Assembly: GCF_963921235.1 (NCBI RefSeq)
Contig: NC_086108.1
Location: 89,282,001 to 89,346,000 of the forward strand
Direction: 5' to 3'
DNA from: Mobula hypostoma
Taxonomy: Eukaryota
Length of the DNA stretch: 64,000 bases
Within the stretch, counting starts at the first letter, position 1. Each line of letters begins with the position of its first letter. A program made the translations under genes and the position numbers. Below are positions 9,875 to 22,995 of this stretch, piece by piece. The notes beneath the pieces are model-generated. The model was not told the origin of the DNA and did no database searches. It saw only the letters and a program-made list of their open reading frames with translations.

Positions 9875-12800
9875 TGCTGGAGTGGTCATTCTGTGAATAG
9901 GCCGGTGTTAAAGTGGGATGATTTGGCTCAACAGGCTTCAGTGAGAATAGGCTCGGGCAAGCACAACCGGAAGTTCAAAGTAAGTTTCTGGTAAATTCTG
10001 TATTTTTTCTGCCTTTCAACGTCCCTTTAGTACATAGTTAGTGCACTGAGAATGGGCGCAGAGTTAGTGGTATGTTTCTTGTGAGAGATGTGGGAACACT
10101 GGGACACTTCCAGTCTCCCAAATAGCTACATCTTCATGAAGTGCATTGAGCTGCAGCGCCTTAGAGACCATGTTAAGGAACTGGAGCTGCAACTGGATAG
10201 ACTCAGCTCATAAGACAGTATGAGGAGGTGATAGATAGGGGCTACAGGAAGGTAGTCACCCTCAGTAACAAGAGATTGGTACCTGGGTGACTGTTAGGAG
10301 AGGGAAAAGGAATAGGCAGCCAATGCAGAGTTTGCCTGTGGCTATTCCCTTTCACAATCAATATACTTCTTTGGGGAGGAGGGGAATGAGCTACCGGGGG
10401 AAGCCACAACAAGCAGTTCTGGCATTGAGTCTGGCTCTGTGCTTCAGAAGGGAAGGGAGAGAAGAAGAGTGCAGTAGAAATAGAGGATCCCATGGTTAGA
10501 GGAGCAGATAGGTGATTCTGTGGATGTGATAAAGACACTCGGATGGCATTTTGCCTCCCAGGTGCCAGGTATAAGGATGTCTCAGATCAGCTCCAAACAT
10601 TCTAAAAGGGGAGGGTGAGCAGCCAGAAGTCATGGTACATGTTGGTACCAACAACATAGGTAGGAAAGGGGAGGAGGTCCTAAAGAGGGAATATAGGGAG
10701 TTAGGTAGGTAGCTGAAAAGCAGGACCTCCAGGGCAGTAATTTCTGGATCACTGCCCGTGACACGTGCCAGTGAGGGTAAGAATAGGATGATTTGGCAGA
10801 TGGCTGCATGGCTGAAGAATTGCTGCGGGGGACAAGTTTTCAGATTTCTAGATCATTGGGATCACTTCTGGGGTAGGTACGACCCGTACAAAAAGGATGG
10901 GTTACACCTGAACCCAAGTGGGACCAATATCCTAGAGTTGTTGAGGAGAATTTACATTAATTTGGCAGCAGGATGGGAACAAGAGTGATAGGCTGAGAAT
11001 GGGGCAGTTGGTATACAAGTAGAGGCGGTATGTAGTAAGACTGCGAGGAAGGACAGGCAAAATTGCAGTTTGTGTGATGAGTTGAAGTGCATTATGGGGG
11101 TAAAATGGAAAGTGCAATGAATGCAAGACTGACGTTGTTATATTTGAACGGATGCAGTGTACAGAATAAGGTAGGTGACAGAACAATGTGCAGAATAAGG
11201 TAGCGCAGTTAGAGATTGACAGATATGTTGTGTTCATCACGGATCATAGTTGGGAGCTCAACATCCAAAGATACACATTGTATCAAAAGGACAGGTAGGT
11301 AGGCAAAGCGGGTCAGGTGCCCTTGTAGGTAGCGTTAAGAAACTGCAAGGTTAAAAAGATCCTGACAGGAGTTATATGGAGGCTTCCAAACAGTAGACAT
11401 GATGTGGGATACGAATTACAATGGGAGATAGAAAAGGCATGTGAAAAGGTCAATGTTACAATAAACATGAGGGATTTCAATATACAGGTTGATTGGGAAA
11501 ATCAGATTTATACTGAATCCCAGGAGAGGGAATTTGTAGAAAACCTACAACCAGCTTTTGTGTGGTTAAGAGCACTAGGGGAAAGGGTATTCTAAATTGG
11601 ATGTGGTGTAATGAAGCAGATTTGATTAGGGAGGGAGCATAAGGAAAAAGAACACTTAGGGGAATGATCATAATAAGATTGAATTCATCCTGCAGTTTAA
11701 GAGAGAGAAGATAAATTCAGATGTATCAATATTACAGTGGAGTAGAGGGAATTACAAAGGCATGAGAGGAGGGAAGTTAGTTAATAAGATAAAAGAGAAT
11801 ACCAAATGTTTTTTTCAAGATATATAAAGAGTGAAAGAGAGGTGAAAGAGAATATCAGATCACTGGAAAATGACACTGCAGAGGTATTGTAGTAATGGGG
11901 GACAAAGAAGTGGCGTACAAAGTTAAGAGGTATTTTGCATCAATTTTCCCTATGGAAAACACGAGCAGTATGCTCGAAATTCGAGAGCATCAGGGAGCAG
12001 AAATGAGTGTGGTTGTTGTTACTGAGGAGAAGGTGCTTAAGAAGCTGAAAGGTAAGAAGGTAAATAAGTCACCTGGACTCCAAGGCTCTGAAAGAGGTAG
12101 CTGAAAAAATTTTAGAGGCATATAGTAATGATCTTTCACGAATCACTAGATTTAGGAATGGTTCCAAAGAACTGGAAAATTGCAAATATCTCTCCACTCT
12201 TTGAGAAGAGAGGGAGACAGGAGAAAAGAAATTATAGACCAGTTTGCCTGATTTCAGTCATTGAGAAAATGTTGGAGTCTATTATTAAGGATGAGGTTTT
12301 GGAGGCACATGATAAAATATGCTGAAGTCAGCATGGTTTCCTTAAGGCAAAATCTTGCCTGACAAATCTGTTGGAATATTTTGAGGAAATAATATGCAGG
12401 ACAGACAAAGGATGTTATCTTTTCTCTCCAACAGTGGATGTTGTTTACTCGGATTTTCAGAAAGCCTTTGACTAGATGCTGCACATGAGGCTGCTTAACA
12501 AGATATAAACCCATAGAATTACAGGAAAGATAGAAACATGAGTAGAAGACTGGCGGAATGATAGGATGCAGAGTATGGGAATAAAGGGGCATTTTCTGGT
12601 TGGCTGCTGGTAGCTAGTTGTGTTCCACAGGAGTCAGTGCTGAGGCTTCTTTTCATGTTAAATGTCAACGAATTGGATGATGGAATTGATGGCTTTGTGG
12701 TCAGATTTGCAGATGACATGAAGGTAGGTGGAGAGACAGATAGTGTTAAGGAAGCAGGTAGTTTGCCAAAGAACTCAAACAGACTGGGAGAATGAGGAAA

Positions 12801-13587
12801 GAAATAGCAGATGGACTATAGTGTAGGGAAGTGCATGGTCTTGTACTATTATGGAAGAAATAAAGGCATAGACTATATTCTAAACAGAGAGAACATTTAA
12901 AAATCAGAGGTGCCAAGGGACTTGGGAATCCTTGTGCTGGATTCCCTAAAAGTTAACTTGCAGGTTGAGTAGGTGGCAAGGAATGCAAATGGAATATTAG
13001 CCTTCATTTCAAGAGGACTTGAATATAAAAACAAGGATGTAATGTTGAGGCTTATGGGGCATTGGTCAGACTGCACTTGGAGTATTGTGAGCAGTTTTGG
13101 GCTCCTTATCTAGGAAAAGATATGCTGGCACGGAAAGAGTCTGGAAGAGGTTCATGAAAATGAATGGGTTATCATATGAGAAGTGTTTGATATCCATGGG
13201 GCTGTACTCACTGGAGTTTGGAAGAGTAAGGGAGGGGATCTCATTGAAACCTATCAAATATTGAAAGGTCTGGATCGAGTGGATGTGGAGAGTATATTTC
13301 TGACAGTGGGTGAGTCTAGGACCAGAGGGCACAGTCTACAATAGAGTGACATCCATTTTCAACAGTTAAAGAAGTTTTTTAGCCGGAAGGTAGTAAATTT
13401 GTGGACTTCATTGCCACAGAAGTTTGTGGAGGCCAAGTCATTGAAACCATTTAAAGTGGAGGTTGCTATGTTCCTGATTGGTCAGGGCCTCAAAGGTTAC
13501 AGGAAGAAGGCAGGAGAATGGGATTGAGAGGACAAATATATCAGCTATGATAGAATAGCCAAATTCTGCTCCTATGTTTTATGATCT
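9875..13587 (+). mobile_element. Near full-length, decayed CR1 LINE, head-to-head with the element at 3975-8213
   Basis: ORF1 remnant from ATG 10052 (HVGTN, DGLH), with APE and RT fragments (ORFs 11404, 11895, 12128; FADD at ~12706). Many stops and an internal deletion near 11770. 3' end CTGCTCCTATGTTTTATG. Confidence 0.9.
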
Positions 13588-14162
13588 TTTATTGACTGCT
13601 GCTACCTATCCCGAAAAGAAAAATATTTGTTCTTGAATAGCTGAAAGATGTCATTTATTTTTGCTGAATATGTGTTTTAATAAAGCCACAAGACCAATGC
13701 CAAGTTCACCACAATAACAAGATGAAAGAACAAATTGGAAATGATGAAAATATTCCAAGGATTGGACATTTGGTAGAGTCACTGAGGTGTCTCAATTCAA
13801 ATATAAAATTGTGAAGATATTGGTAGAAAGATTTACAGTATGGCAGTCACCAAAAACCAATGGAATATTATTCTGCAAGGATTTTTTGATGCGGAGAATG
13901 GTGTAAGTAAAATATTTTTTGAGTTGATATAAATAGTGATAATTTTAGACTCTTGTGACATAAGCCAATCATGTTCATGAAAGGATAACTGCCTTCACCA
14001 TGTTCTATGAGCTTTAAATGTTCGAGCACTTCTGGTTTATATTTTTGTGATAATTCATGACCATTTGAAATTTTAAAATATCAAAACATTATTTGTATTA
14101 ATGCAGCGATGTCTTGCATTATGATGGAATTTGTTTTTTTGTGCATCATTCAGTAGAAAAAT

Positions 14163-14706
14163 TACACTCTGTGGCTACTTTATTAGGTACAGGAGTGACT
14201 ACTAAAATGGCCACAGAAGTGGAACACGGTATGACCATCTGTGCTGCTGTAGCCCATCCACTTCAAGGTTCGATGAGATCTGCTTTCAGAGATGCTCTGC
14301 TGCTCACCACTGTTGTAACACATGGTTATTTGAGTTACTATTGTTTTTCTGTCAGCCTGTATCTGTCTGGCCACTCTCCTCAAATTTCTCTCAATAACAA
14401 GGGATTTTCACCCACAGAACTTCTACACACTGGATGATTCTTGCTTTTCGCACCATTTTCTGTAAACTCTAGAGGCTGTTGTGTGGGAGATCATCAGCTT
14501 CTGAAATAATCAAACCACACTGTTTGTCATCAACAATCATTCCATAGTCAAAGTCACTTAAATCACATTTCTTCCACACTCTGATGTTTGGTCTGAACCT
14601 CTTGACCATGCCGACATGATTTTATCAATCGAGTTGCTGCCTCATGATTGGCTGATTAAATATTTGCATTAACAAGCCAGGGTACCTAATAAAATGGCCA
14701 GAGTAT
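14163..14706 (-). mobile_element. Non-autonomous Tc1/mariner derivative
   Basis: TA + TIR CACTCTGTGGCTACTTTATTAGGTAC (from 14165). Right TIR GTACCTAATAAAATGGCCA-GAG at 14682-14704. An extra inverted TIR copy sits at 14195-14221. ORF 14183..14383 resembles a Tc1 HTH (ADRKTIVTQIT...SISE...RTLKWMGY). Confidence 0.75.
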
Positions 14707-14756
14707 AAATTATACTTGTTTCTATTTTTGTACTCCGAATGAAAACAAAACTGATT

Positions 14757-16588
14757 CCAGTTCAATTAAGAAACATTTATTCTGTAAATTAACTTACAAG
14801 AAGTATGTTGCTTAAGTGTGGCTGAAATCTCACACAAGATAATAGTGCCACTGATTTACTTTTAAGAGAAATCAGCCCCGACCTTGGCCTGTTTCCACAA
14901 GACTCTTGTATAGCACAACTTAGGAACTTGCACAAAGTTATGTCTTATGTTCACTTACTGAGCTAGTGCCCACTTTTAAAACACTTTATGAAAAAATAGT
15001 TAACAGAACATTTTAAGCACACAGGCAACTATACATCTGTGCATACCTTGGTTAAATGGTTTTCTTTTTAACATACAAACCACTTAAATATAATTTTACT
15101 GGGCAAGTAACAACCTTCCACAAGGTATCACAGTCTGTACCAACTAGTGATTCTATACAATGATTTGTTAAATAATTCCATAATAAATATTTAATGTACC
15201 GGTTGCAATGAAAATAAAGTTTCGTTTTTTTACAGGTGATACTTTAATTAAAAATACATGCAGTTGCTTGGATATTTTCCCCATTATCCAAAGTGTTACA
15301 GCCACTTGTACAGTACCAGGAACAGTACACTTCCATTGTAAATAACAATTGTAATAAAACATAACTATATCATTATGCAATAAGAAGAACGTTTTCACTT
15401 CATCCACTGGAATCATTCAAGCCAAGGGCTCTTTGAAACATGATGATTCCTTAAAAGTCATTATTCTAACAAAAGTTTAACAAAGATACTAAAGAACAAT
15501 GTTGATATCATAATATTTGAGCTTCTGCTTGAAAGATTGTTGAGTTCCTATATTTAAGCTGTATCCAAAACAACAAATACCTAATAAAAGCTGCACATCT
15601 TTCTATCCATATGGATCTAGTAATAAATAACAAAACACCTTCCTGTAGCAAATCAGTAGGATTGTACAGGTTTATACACCACTTGAGGGAGGAAAAGATT
15701 GTAAAACACGGTTGTATTGGACACTTCCATTCATTAGTTAATGTAAAAAGACATTGGTACAAAGCCTGCACCACATGATTAAAGGCATATTTTATATATA
15801 TCTTAATAGTTTTGAAGTACTAGCTATGTAAGCTTACAAAAAAGGATGCAGTCTTTAATCACTTAAAAAACATTTTCTTCAAAGGCATATATCAATATGC
15901 TAAGGCTACAATAAGTATAAAAAATCTATGATATAAATCATTGTCAGTTATCAATTACTGTCCACTTTACATTCCGTGAGAAAAATCTATTATTTGTATT
16001 ATATGTGGTGTATATGTGGATGTATTCAGATACACTTTGTGTGTAATTTCCATAAAGGCTACATGGTTTTATTATCTATGTGATCCCTTTGAAGATACTT
16101 CTGGAATTAAAAGTGTCATTTACTGTCAACCAATTAATCATTGAAACCTCAGTAACATTTTAACACATAAAAAGTGGCAAAATTCATATTAACTGTTAGA
16201 TATGCAAGTTCCATCTAGAGCAGTAGTCAGGAAAGAAATTCTAAATTGTTCATTACAGACTATGGCTATACAGCAAAAGCTAACTGAAAATTTATCATTT
16301 GATCAATATATGAATGGTGTTCAATATGGGAGAAAATGCATTCACAGTTCATTGAAATAGCAACATAGCAAGTACTTTTTATCCACAAGGCTCAGGCTAT
16401 GCCCATGTGCTTTTGATTAGGATGTAAAAATATCTTATTCATGCAAAGATGTTTAACTATTGGCAACATTTTAATTCATTTTACAGCTGAATGGCACATT
16501 AAAATGGCTGTATTTGTTATTAGAAAGTAGAGATATTCTTTAACTCTCTTGAAAGGATTGTCTTTCAGCAGGCTTCTGGGGTAAATAT
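14757..16588 (-). other. PLPPR4: Putative PLPPR4 3' UTR (~1.8 kb)
   Basis: Repeat-free, AT-rich stretch between the TGA stop (16589-16591) and the poly(A) signal. The end position is inferred. Confidence 0.55.
14776..14781 (-). promoter_or_regulatory. Probable PLPPR4 polyadenylation signal AATAAA
   Basis: TTTATT on the plus strand, with a U/GU-rich element (TTTTGTTTTCATTC, ~14737-14750) about 25-40 nt downstream. It lies at the end of a repeat-free block following the stop codon. Confidence 0.6.
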
Positions 16589-17929
16589 TCACTCTTTATA
16601 CGCTCTAGTGGGTGATGTTCCCTTGTAGAAGATGTTCCTTGTGTTTTCCGGGCTGTTTCCTCTTTCGGGTATTAAAATGATGTTAGCTTTCCGCCTGAGG
16701 GTTGAGTCCCGACTGGAGGACACGGAGTGCGTCTCAGAGGTAGCTTCGCCTCCTTCCACTGGTGTTACCCTAATGGTGGTGATTCCATGGTGATGGTGCT
16801 CGCCAATGTCTGGATTGGTTTTCTTTCTGTCGGATGAGGCAAAGCTATCTTTCAGTGAATCACTGCTCTCAGAGTCCCTGTTGAGGTCATTTAACTCAAA
16901 TGCTTGGCGGAGACTACTCTTCTCACTGGCCTTCCACTTCCATGAACCACTTTCCTCACTGCCTGAAGGTACATGCACCAGGGGTCTGTTGTTCTCTGGG
17001 TGAGCTTCCACCCTTACAATATTAGTAGGCTCATGGTCGGTTAAAGCTTTGTACCTTATAGATCCAGTGCAGCTTACTGTACTACTATCTGTGCTCTTTG
17101 GACTGCTCTGCAACATTCCTTGCTGCTTGGACATGGCAATAACTTGCATAATTCTTGGCTGGGTGCTTGCCCTACCAACTCCACTCTTCTCAGCTACCTT
17201 CAGCCACTTTGATCTTGCCGAACTGGCTTTTGGAGAGGTACTTATGTTCTCCTGTGTTTCCTCGGGTATGTGGACGAGCTGCGAAGAACCAGGCCGTGAC
17301 TGCATGCAGACTCGTGCTCCACCACCCATGTTACTGGTGTTGTTGCTTCCTGGAATAGTACCAGCTTGCATCTTCAGATACTGAGTGAGTTGGGATTGTT
17401 GGTCTCCATTGAGTCCTACCCCTGCTGGCTCTGAGCTGGATCGCATCTCAATGGACTTCGGTGGTGAGTGACCTGTCTCTGTCTCCATAACCTGCAGGGA
17501 CAGTTTCCGACTTTCATTCTTGGATTTCCACTGTGACAGGAGTTGTTTAGATCGGGCCGAGTCCATTGATGCGTGAATTGATGCATTCCTTCTCGCGGCC
17601 TCATCCATTGATGATGTGTGGACACGAGGCAGAGTATTACTGAAGGTCACCATGTTCTCCTTTGCCATTGGACTGCGAGGGGTAATGACCTCAACGTCAG
17701 CACTTGTTCTCTTCAGGTTAGTAAGGGAGCTGGACTCCCTGTGGTTTCGATTCAGTATACTTTCAGAATGGTGTGAGGAAATTCCATCAATGCTACTGGG
17801 AGTTTTTCCTTGGAGCTGTCTGCTGCTTTCCTGGCTGAGGTCTGTCAGTGACCTCAAAGGTTCTCTGTGATAGGTTTGGTGGGATAAACCGTCATCACTA
17901 GGCTGGAAATTACTTACAGCATAAAGACC
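16589..17929 (-). CDS. PLPPR4: PLPPR4 last coding exon (long cytoplasmic C-terminal tail), 1341 nt including stop
   Basis: Acceptor ttttttctag|GGT. Reads GLYAVSNFQPSDDGLSHQTYHREPLRSLTDL...RNASIHASMDSARSKQLL...HHHHGITTIRVTPVEG...RNIFYKGTSPTRAYKE*, closely matching the PRG-1 C-terminus as I know it. Confidence 0.97.
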   Translation of the reverse strand, partial: GLYAVSNFQPSDDGLSHQTYHREPLRSLTDLSQESSRQLQGKTPSSIDGISSHHSESILNRNHRESSSLTNLKRTSADVEVITPRSPMAKENMVTFSNTLPRVHTSSMDEAARRNASIHASMDSARSKQLLSQWKSKNESRKLSLQVMETETGHSPPKSIEMRSSSEPAGVGLNGDQQSQLTQYLKMQAGTIPGSNNTSNMGGGARVCMQSRPGSSQLVHIPEETQENISTSPKASSARSKWLKVAEKSGVGRASTQPRIMQVIAMSKQQGMLQSSPKSTDSSTVSCTGSIRYKALTDHEPTNIVRVEAHPENNRPLVHVPSGSEESGSWKWKASEKSSLRQAFELNDLNRDSESSDSLKDSFASSDRKKTNPDIGEHHHHGITTIRVTPVEGGEATSETHSVSSSRDSTLRRKANIILIPERGNSPENTRNIFYKGTSPTRAYKE

Positions 17930-18399
17930 CTAGAAAAAAAACAAAAAATACACATTAAACCTTACCATCTAGAAATTTAAATCCTGTCAACATTGCTAAA
18001 TGCTCCTCATAGATGCAACTATACATCATATCCGGCTTCTGAAATTCAGGGTTATTTAATTCATGACGTCATTCAATAAAAGTAACAATACATTGTGGCT
18101 TTACCATAGAAAAATCATCCCATGGGGCTTCAAGAGAAAATAATAGGAGAGTTAATATAGATTTCAAAGAGCATCAAAATGGAAGAGAATAGGCAGACAG
18201 AGAAACATGGAGAAGGAATTACAGATCCTTAAGTCAAATTAACTGAAGCATGACCATAGTCTTGTGAATTCACAGTAAATGGCAATGTGCAAGTAGAGTC
18301 AAGTGGAAGCATTATTCAACGTTGGAGAGCTGGTGAAGATGATAACAATAGGAAGGTGTGAGAAAGCAGAGGGAATTGCAAAAAGGAGATAATTATAGA

Positions 18400-19003
18400 A
18401 TCAAGAGACATAATTTTGAGTTCAAGAGCCACACATAACATTGCAGCTCTATAAATCTCTGATTAGACCACACTTGGATTATTGTGTTCACTTCTGGCCG
18501 CCTCATTAAAAGAAGGATGTGCAAGCTTTAGAGAAGGCGCTGAGCAGATTTACCAGGATACTGCCTGGATTAGAGTTCGTGCCTTAGGCGGAAAGGTTGA
18601 GCGAGCTAGGGCTTTTTTCTTTGGAGAGAAGAAGGACGTGAGGTAACTTTATAGAGGTGTACAAGATGATATGAGGCATGTGGACAGTTAAAGAATTTTT
18701 CCCTGGGCAGAAATGGATAATACAGGGGAACATAACTTTAAGGTATTGGGAGGAAAATACAGTGGGCCTGTCAGAGGCACCTCTTTTTATACAGAGTGGT
18801 AGGTGAGTGGAACACATTTTTGAATGTCATTTAAAGTCAAATACATTAGGGAAATTTAAGAGACTTCAAGATAGGCACATGGATGAAAGAAAAATGGAGA
18901 GCTATGTGGGAGGAAAGGGTTAAGTTTATCTCTGAGTAGGTTAAGTGGTGGGCACAAAATCATGGGTCAGAGGGCCTGTACTGTGCTGCACTATTCTATG
19001 TTT
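18400..19003 (+). mobile_element. 5'-truncated CR1 3' fragment (different subfamily)
   Basis: LYKSLIRPHLDYCVHFWPP-type RT C-terminus, with 3' tail GGGCCTGTACTGTGCTG..TTCTATGTT. Confidence 0.75.
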
Positions 19004-20382
19004 CATGAAAAAAACATAGATCATGGAGTCACGGTGATGACTGAGCAGGAGTTTGTTCAAGGTAGAATGCAGAGAACAGATAACTGGATGAATTTAAATC
19101 CATGGAGACAGAAAGGCTGAAAGTTGACCAAGTAGGCAATAATGTAGTTAAACCCTTAAGCAACAAAAGCACCAATTGTGAACAATGGCCTACTGTACCT
19201 CTGATGGACAACAGTGATTACAATTTCTAAATGCTTCATTGGCTGCAAAGTGCTTGGATGCAACCTGAGATCAAGAAAGTTAATTTTTAATTCCAAAGTG
19301 CAATTCATTTGAGAGATCATACAATTCTTTCTCACACCCCAATGGATTCTTGCTTATGGTCTAAACAGCTGATTTGACAGTTACATAGAATTTACTTCTA
19401 TTATCCTTTCCTCGGGCAATCCATTCCAGATAACATCTCCTCACTGCACAACTTTTCTTTTAACAAATTTTAGCTTTTTATTTGCATGTTATGGTTGAAT
19501 TGAATTTTGTTTTCAATTTAAATGTATTTTTTATGCCTCATGTTTTCCTATTGGTAGGCAGCAAATCAGTTTTACATTTCAATGAAACTGGTGTCTGTCT
19601 GCCAGTGCTGCCTCTGCACTGCTCCCCCTGGGCCTGATGAACAGCAAACATAGCAATGATCCTGTTTTGTTCCATGTACCACGTGACGCCCGGAAAGTAG
19701 GTCAAGCCCTAGGTTAACAGGAATTGCTGAGCAGCTGTTTGTTCAACCCACCTTATATCCAATTGGAATGGGCATTAAAGCTTTATCCAGATATGCAGCA
19801 TAAGTATTTTATGATGGTGAACTTCATAGCCTTGAGGAGATTTTCTCCATGTCTAACCAAGTATCACTTAGAGACATCAGAAACTATTGGAAGATATGTC
19901 ATTTTAATTTGAAGCACAGGGAAAATCAATATAAACAGTTTTAATCCTTTATTATTAAGTAGAAATTGGTGAATATTCCAGTGAATGTGAAAACACATTG
20001 GTTTTAGTGAAGCCTTAGCTTTCTATACTTTTCTTTGAATCTCCTGCTACAAAATACACCAGTAACTATGATGGATTTTATAGCAGCTTTTCCAACAATA
20101 ACCCTGTATCAAAGGACAGATCTGTCTCTCCAAAATTGAGCTGGACAAACTAGCCCATAAAATGTCAGTCAGGATATTATAACACACAGCAGACTGCCTG
20201 GCTGAAGTGTCAAATATCAAAGCACTTAGGAGTCACTCAATAAATTACAAATCCTTTAAGGAGTTTGTGTGCTGAGTTGGAATAAATACTCCATGTATCA
20301 ATTTCGATTTAATAAATAAAATGTTGGCTATAATTGTCAGAAATATGAATATTGCCATATAGATCTTAACAAATATGCTACT

Positions 20383-20625
20383 TAAGACCATAAGATATAG
20401 GAGCAGAATTGTGGTCATTTGGCCCATCGAGTCTGTTTCGCCATTTCATCATGGCAGACCTATTTTCCCTCTCAGCCCCAATCTTCTGCCTTCTCCCTGT
20501 ATCCCATCATGCCCTGAGTAATCAAGAACCTAACAACTTCTGCCTCCACAGCCACCTGTGGCAACAAATTCCACAGGTTCACCAATCTCTACCTAAAGAA
20601 AGTCCTCCTATTTCTCATTTTAAAA
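20383..20625 (-). mobile_element. Short CR1 3' end
   Basis: TAAGACCATAAGATATAGGAGCAGAA tail as at 3980-4030. Confidence 0.7.
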
Positions 20626-20744
20626 GCATACGGTATATGTGGAAATTCAACCTTAATCATCAAGTTCAATGTGCTCTTTAGAAAAGAGCAATCTCAATAA
20701 CTCAGGACACAGATCAGAAAAGCTAAGAGGCAGACTGCAGTGTG

Positions 20745-20946
20745 AAGTAAAAACAGAAATTACAGGAAAAATTCAATAGGCCAGGCAGCATGATTGGCAA
20801 CATTCAATATTTTAGGGATGTGATCCTTTTGTCAGAATGTTAAAACATTGGCAGTTTCTCTTTCCACAGATGCTGCCTGACCTGCTAAGTTTTCCTAACA
20901 TTTTCTGCTTTAATTTCAGATTTCCAGTATTTGGAGATTTTGCTTT
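20745..20946. mobile_element. Decayed inverted Penelope-like terminal repeat
   Basis: AGGCCAGGCAGCAT...AGATGCTGCCTGACCTGCT arms like those at 3564-3760. Confidence 0.55.
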
Positions 20947-21627
20947 GATATTCAGACTACAACTGATGTTTCAGCTACATGGTGCACTTAGCCCAATTTG
21001 TCAAGACTAAATGTCTACAAATTAAAGTCAACTAATTCAACTAAATGTAGTATTAGACATGGAGCTAACACCCTAACATTAATAACGTAAGATTTGGACA
21101 CAACAATATTTATACACTATAAGTTTGATTATGCAATAATTGGTAGTTTCTCATTAATTTTCAATACTTATTTAGGATTTTGATAATTGGTGTGGCCTAA
21201 AGATGTGGGTGTGTTGCAAAAGTGAAATTTTTTTGGGACTATTCCATGGAGAGAGCTTGGAAGACGACACCTCACAAGGATCTGAGTACCACCTAGCACA
21301 GGAACAGTTTCATCCAGCAAATGCAGATTGTCTGATCCAGGTATGTCCCTGTTTGTTGCAAACAGAACTGTATCATCATTAGCAGTACAATTTATGTCAA
21401 TCATCATATACCTTTACACAGCAAATTCATAATGGGTCTGACAACGTGTTTACAATCAGAATTATTAATTCTATTTCCCTTTCTGTAGGTGTTACCAACA
21501 TTGTCTGCATTTTTATTTCAGCCTTCATGGCTCTAACTGAAGATTCTCAGTCTTCTGAGTCAAACAAAAACTTGTTGAGAGCATTAGGGTATCATCTTCA
21601 TAACTTCCTCTAAGGTGAGTCACTTAC

Positions 21628-21801
21628 CAAATAGACAGCGATTCCTCCTCCTATCATAAATCCACAGTAAACATCTATCGGATGATTCTTGTACTGGATA
21701 ATACGAGTTAAACCAGAGATGACTGCACATATGATAAAGGTGAAGACCAGGAGCGGCTTGAGGAGTTTGGAAGAGTCAGTCAGTGTTGCATTAAAATACA
21801 T
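21628..21801 (-). CDS. PLPPR4: PLPPR4 coding exon, 174 nt (TM5-6, C3-like motif [12 protein letters not shown])
   Basis: tttag|ATG ... TTG|gtaagt. Reads [58 protein letters not shown]. Confidence 0.96.
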
Positions 21802-22712
21802 CTAAATAATATGAAAACAGAAAAAAAACTAATTCAGCTGTGAAATTACTGAACAAACCATCCTCTATTCTCAACAAAAATTATGTATTCCTGTGTAATT
21901 AAATATATAAATTGTTAATATTTTAGCAGTCTCATTACACTGCATACAAGAGGAACAGAACTTACAGCACTGAATGAGTTCACCTAGATATCTTCAGCTG
22001 CTTTTCTATCATTGCAATTTGTTGTAATGCTTTTGCTTCATATAAGTGTATATCTGATACTATTTTACATACACAGCTTCTGGCTGTCTTGCCAACATTT
22101 GATAGAGTACATTTTATTCTATGGGTCATGTCAAAATTGTCTTCTAAAATTATTTTAATGATGATCATATGCCTGCACTATTTATTATCAATTCACAATT
22201 AAATAGAACTGATTTTTAATTATGTACTCTCTCAAAGGTTTAAATGATGTTGATAATTTCATAAATAATTGTAGGTAATATTGTTAAGCCTAGCAGTCCC
22301 ATTCTGGGGAAGTTCACCATAATGGTGACCTTTGTGTCTTTTCTATTTATCTATTCTCTTCTTATCACAGAAGGTGCAGAACTCATCTAATCTAACTTTG
22401 GGTAATTAACATCTATATATTCAGCTTAATGTTATTGGTTGTTTATTCAGCATTTCTTTGCAAAAACTTAGAATCAAATTTGATTCCATTTTTGTCATAA
22501 CAACTTCTATACCCAAACACAAAATACATCTAGACACTTTAATCTTCCTGTTTCTTCACTCTTGCTATTTAGCATTTGTTTCTGTTACTCAAACTGTATC
22601 ATAATAATACATGAATAGCATCCATCTTCTTCCCCTGTGCTACCTGGTAAATTGCCCATGAATCTACATCTAGACATATGGAAACTGAATCATATTTGGA
22701 ATTATTTTATTA

Positions 22713-22995
22713 TTGGTTTGTTATTGTCACATTTAGTGAGATACAGTGAAAAGCTTGTCTTTCATACTGTTCGAACAAATCAAATTAATACTCATTGAGG
22801 TAGAGCAAACTAAAACTATAACAGAATGCAGTGTAAAGTGTTACAACTGTGGTAAAAGTGCAGTGCAGGTAAACAATAAGGTACAAGAGCATGACGAGGT
22901 ACATTGTTAAATCAAGAGTCCATCTTAGTGTACTAAGGAACCAATCAATAACAGAGTGGTAGAAGCTGCTCTTGAACCTAGTGGCATGTGCCTTC
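22713..22995 (-). mobile_element. Rex1/Babar-like LINE 3' end
   Basis: Similar in reverse complement to 29890-30060; contains ATRFKSSFY. Confidence 0.5.

Noticed and set aside
15780..16470. miRNA seed-like matches in the 3' UTR (UGCCUU twice, ACUGUGAA, UUGCCAA)
   Set aside because: Short matches are expected by chance in 1.8 kb, and conservation cannot be tested here.
16806..17870. Several plus-strand ORFs
   Set aside because: Antisense to the PLPPR4 terminal exon.
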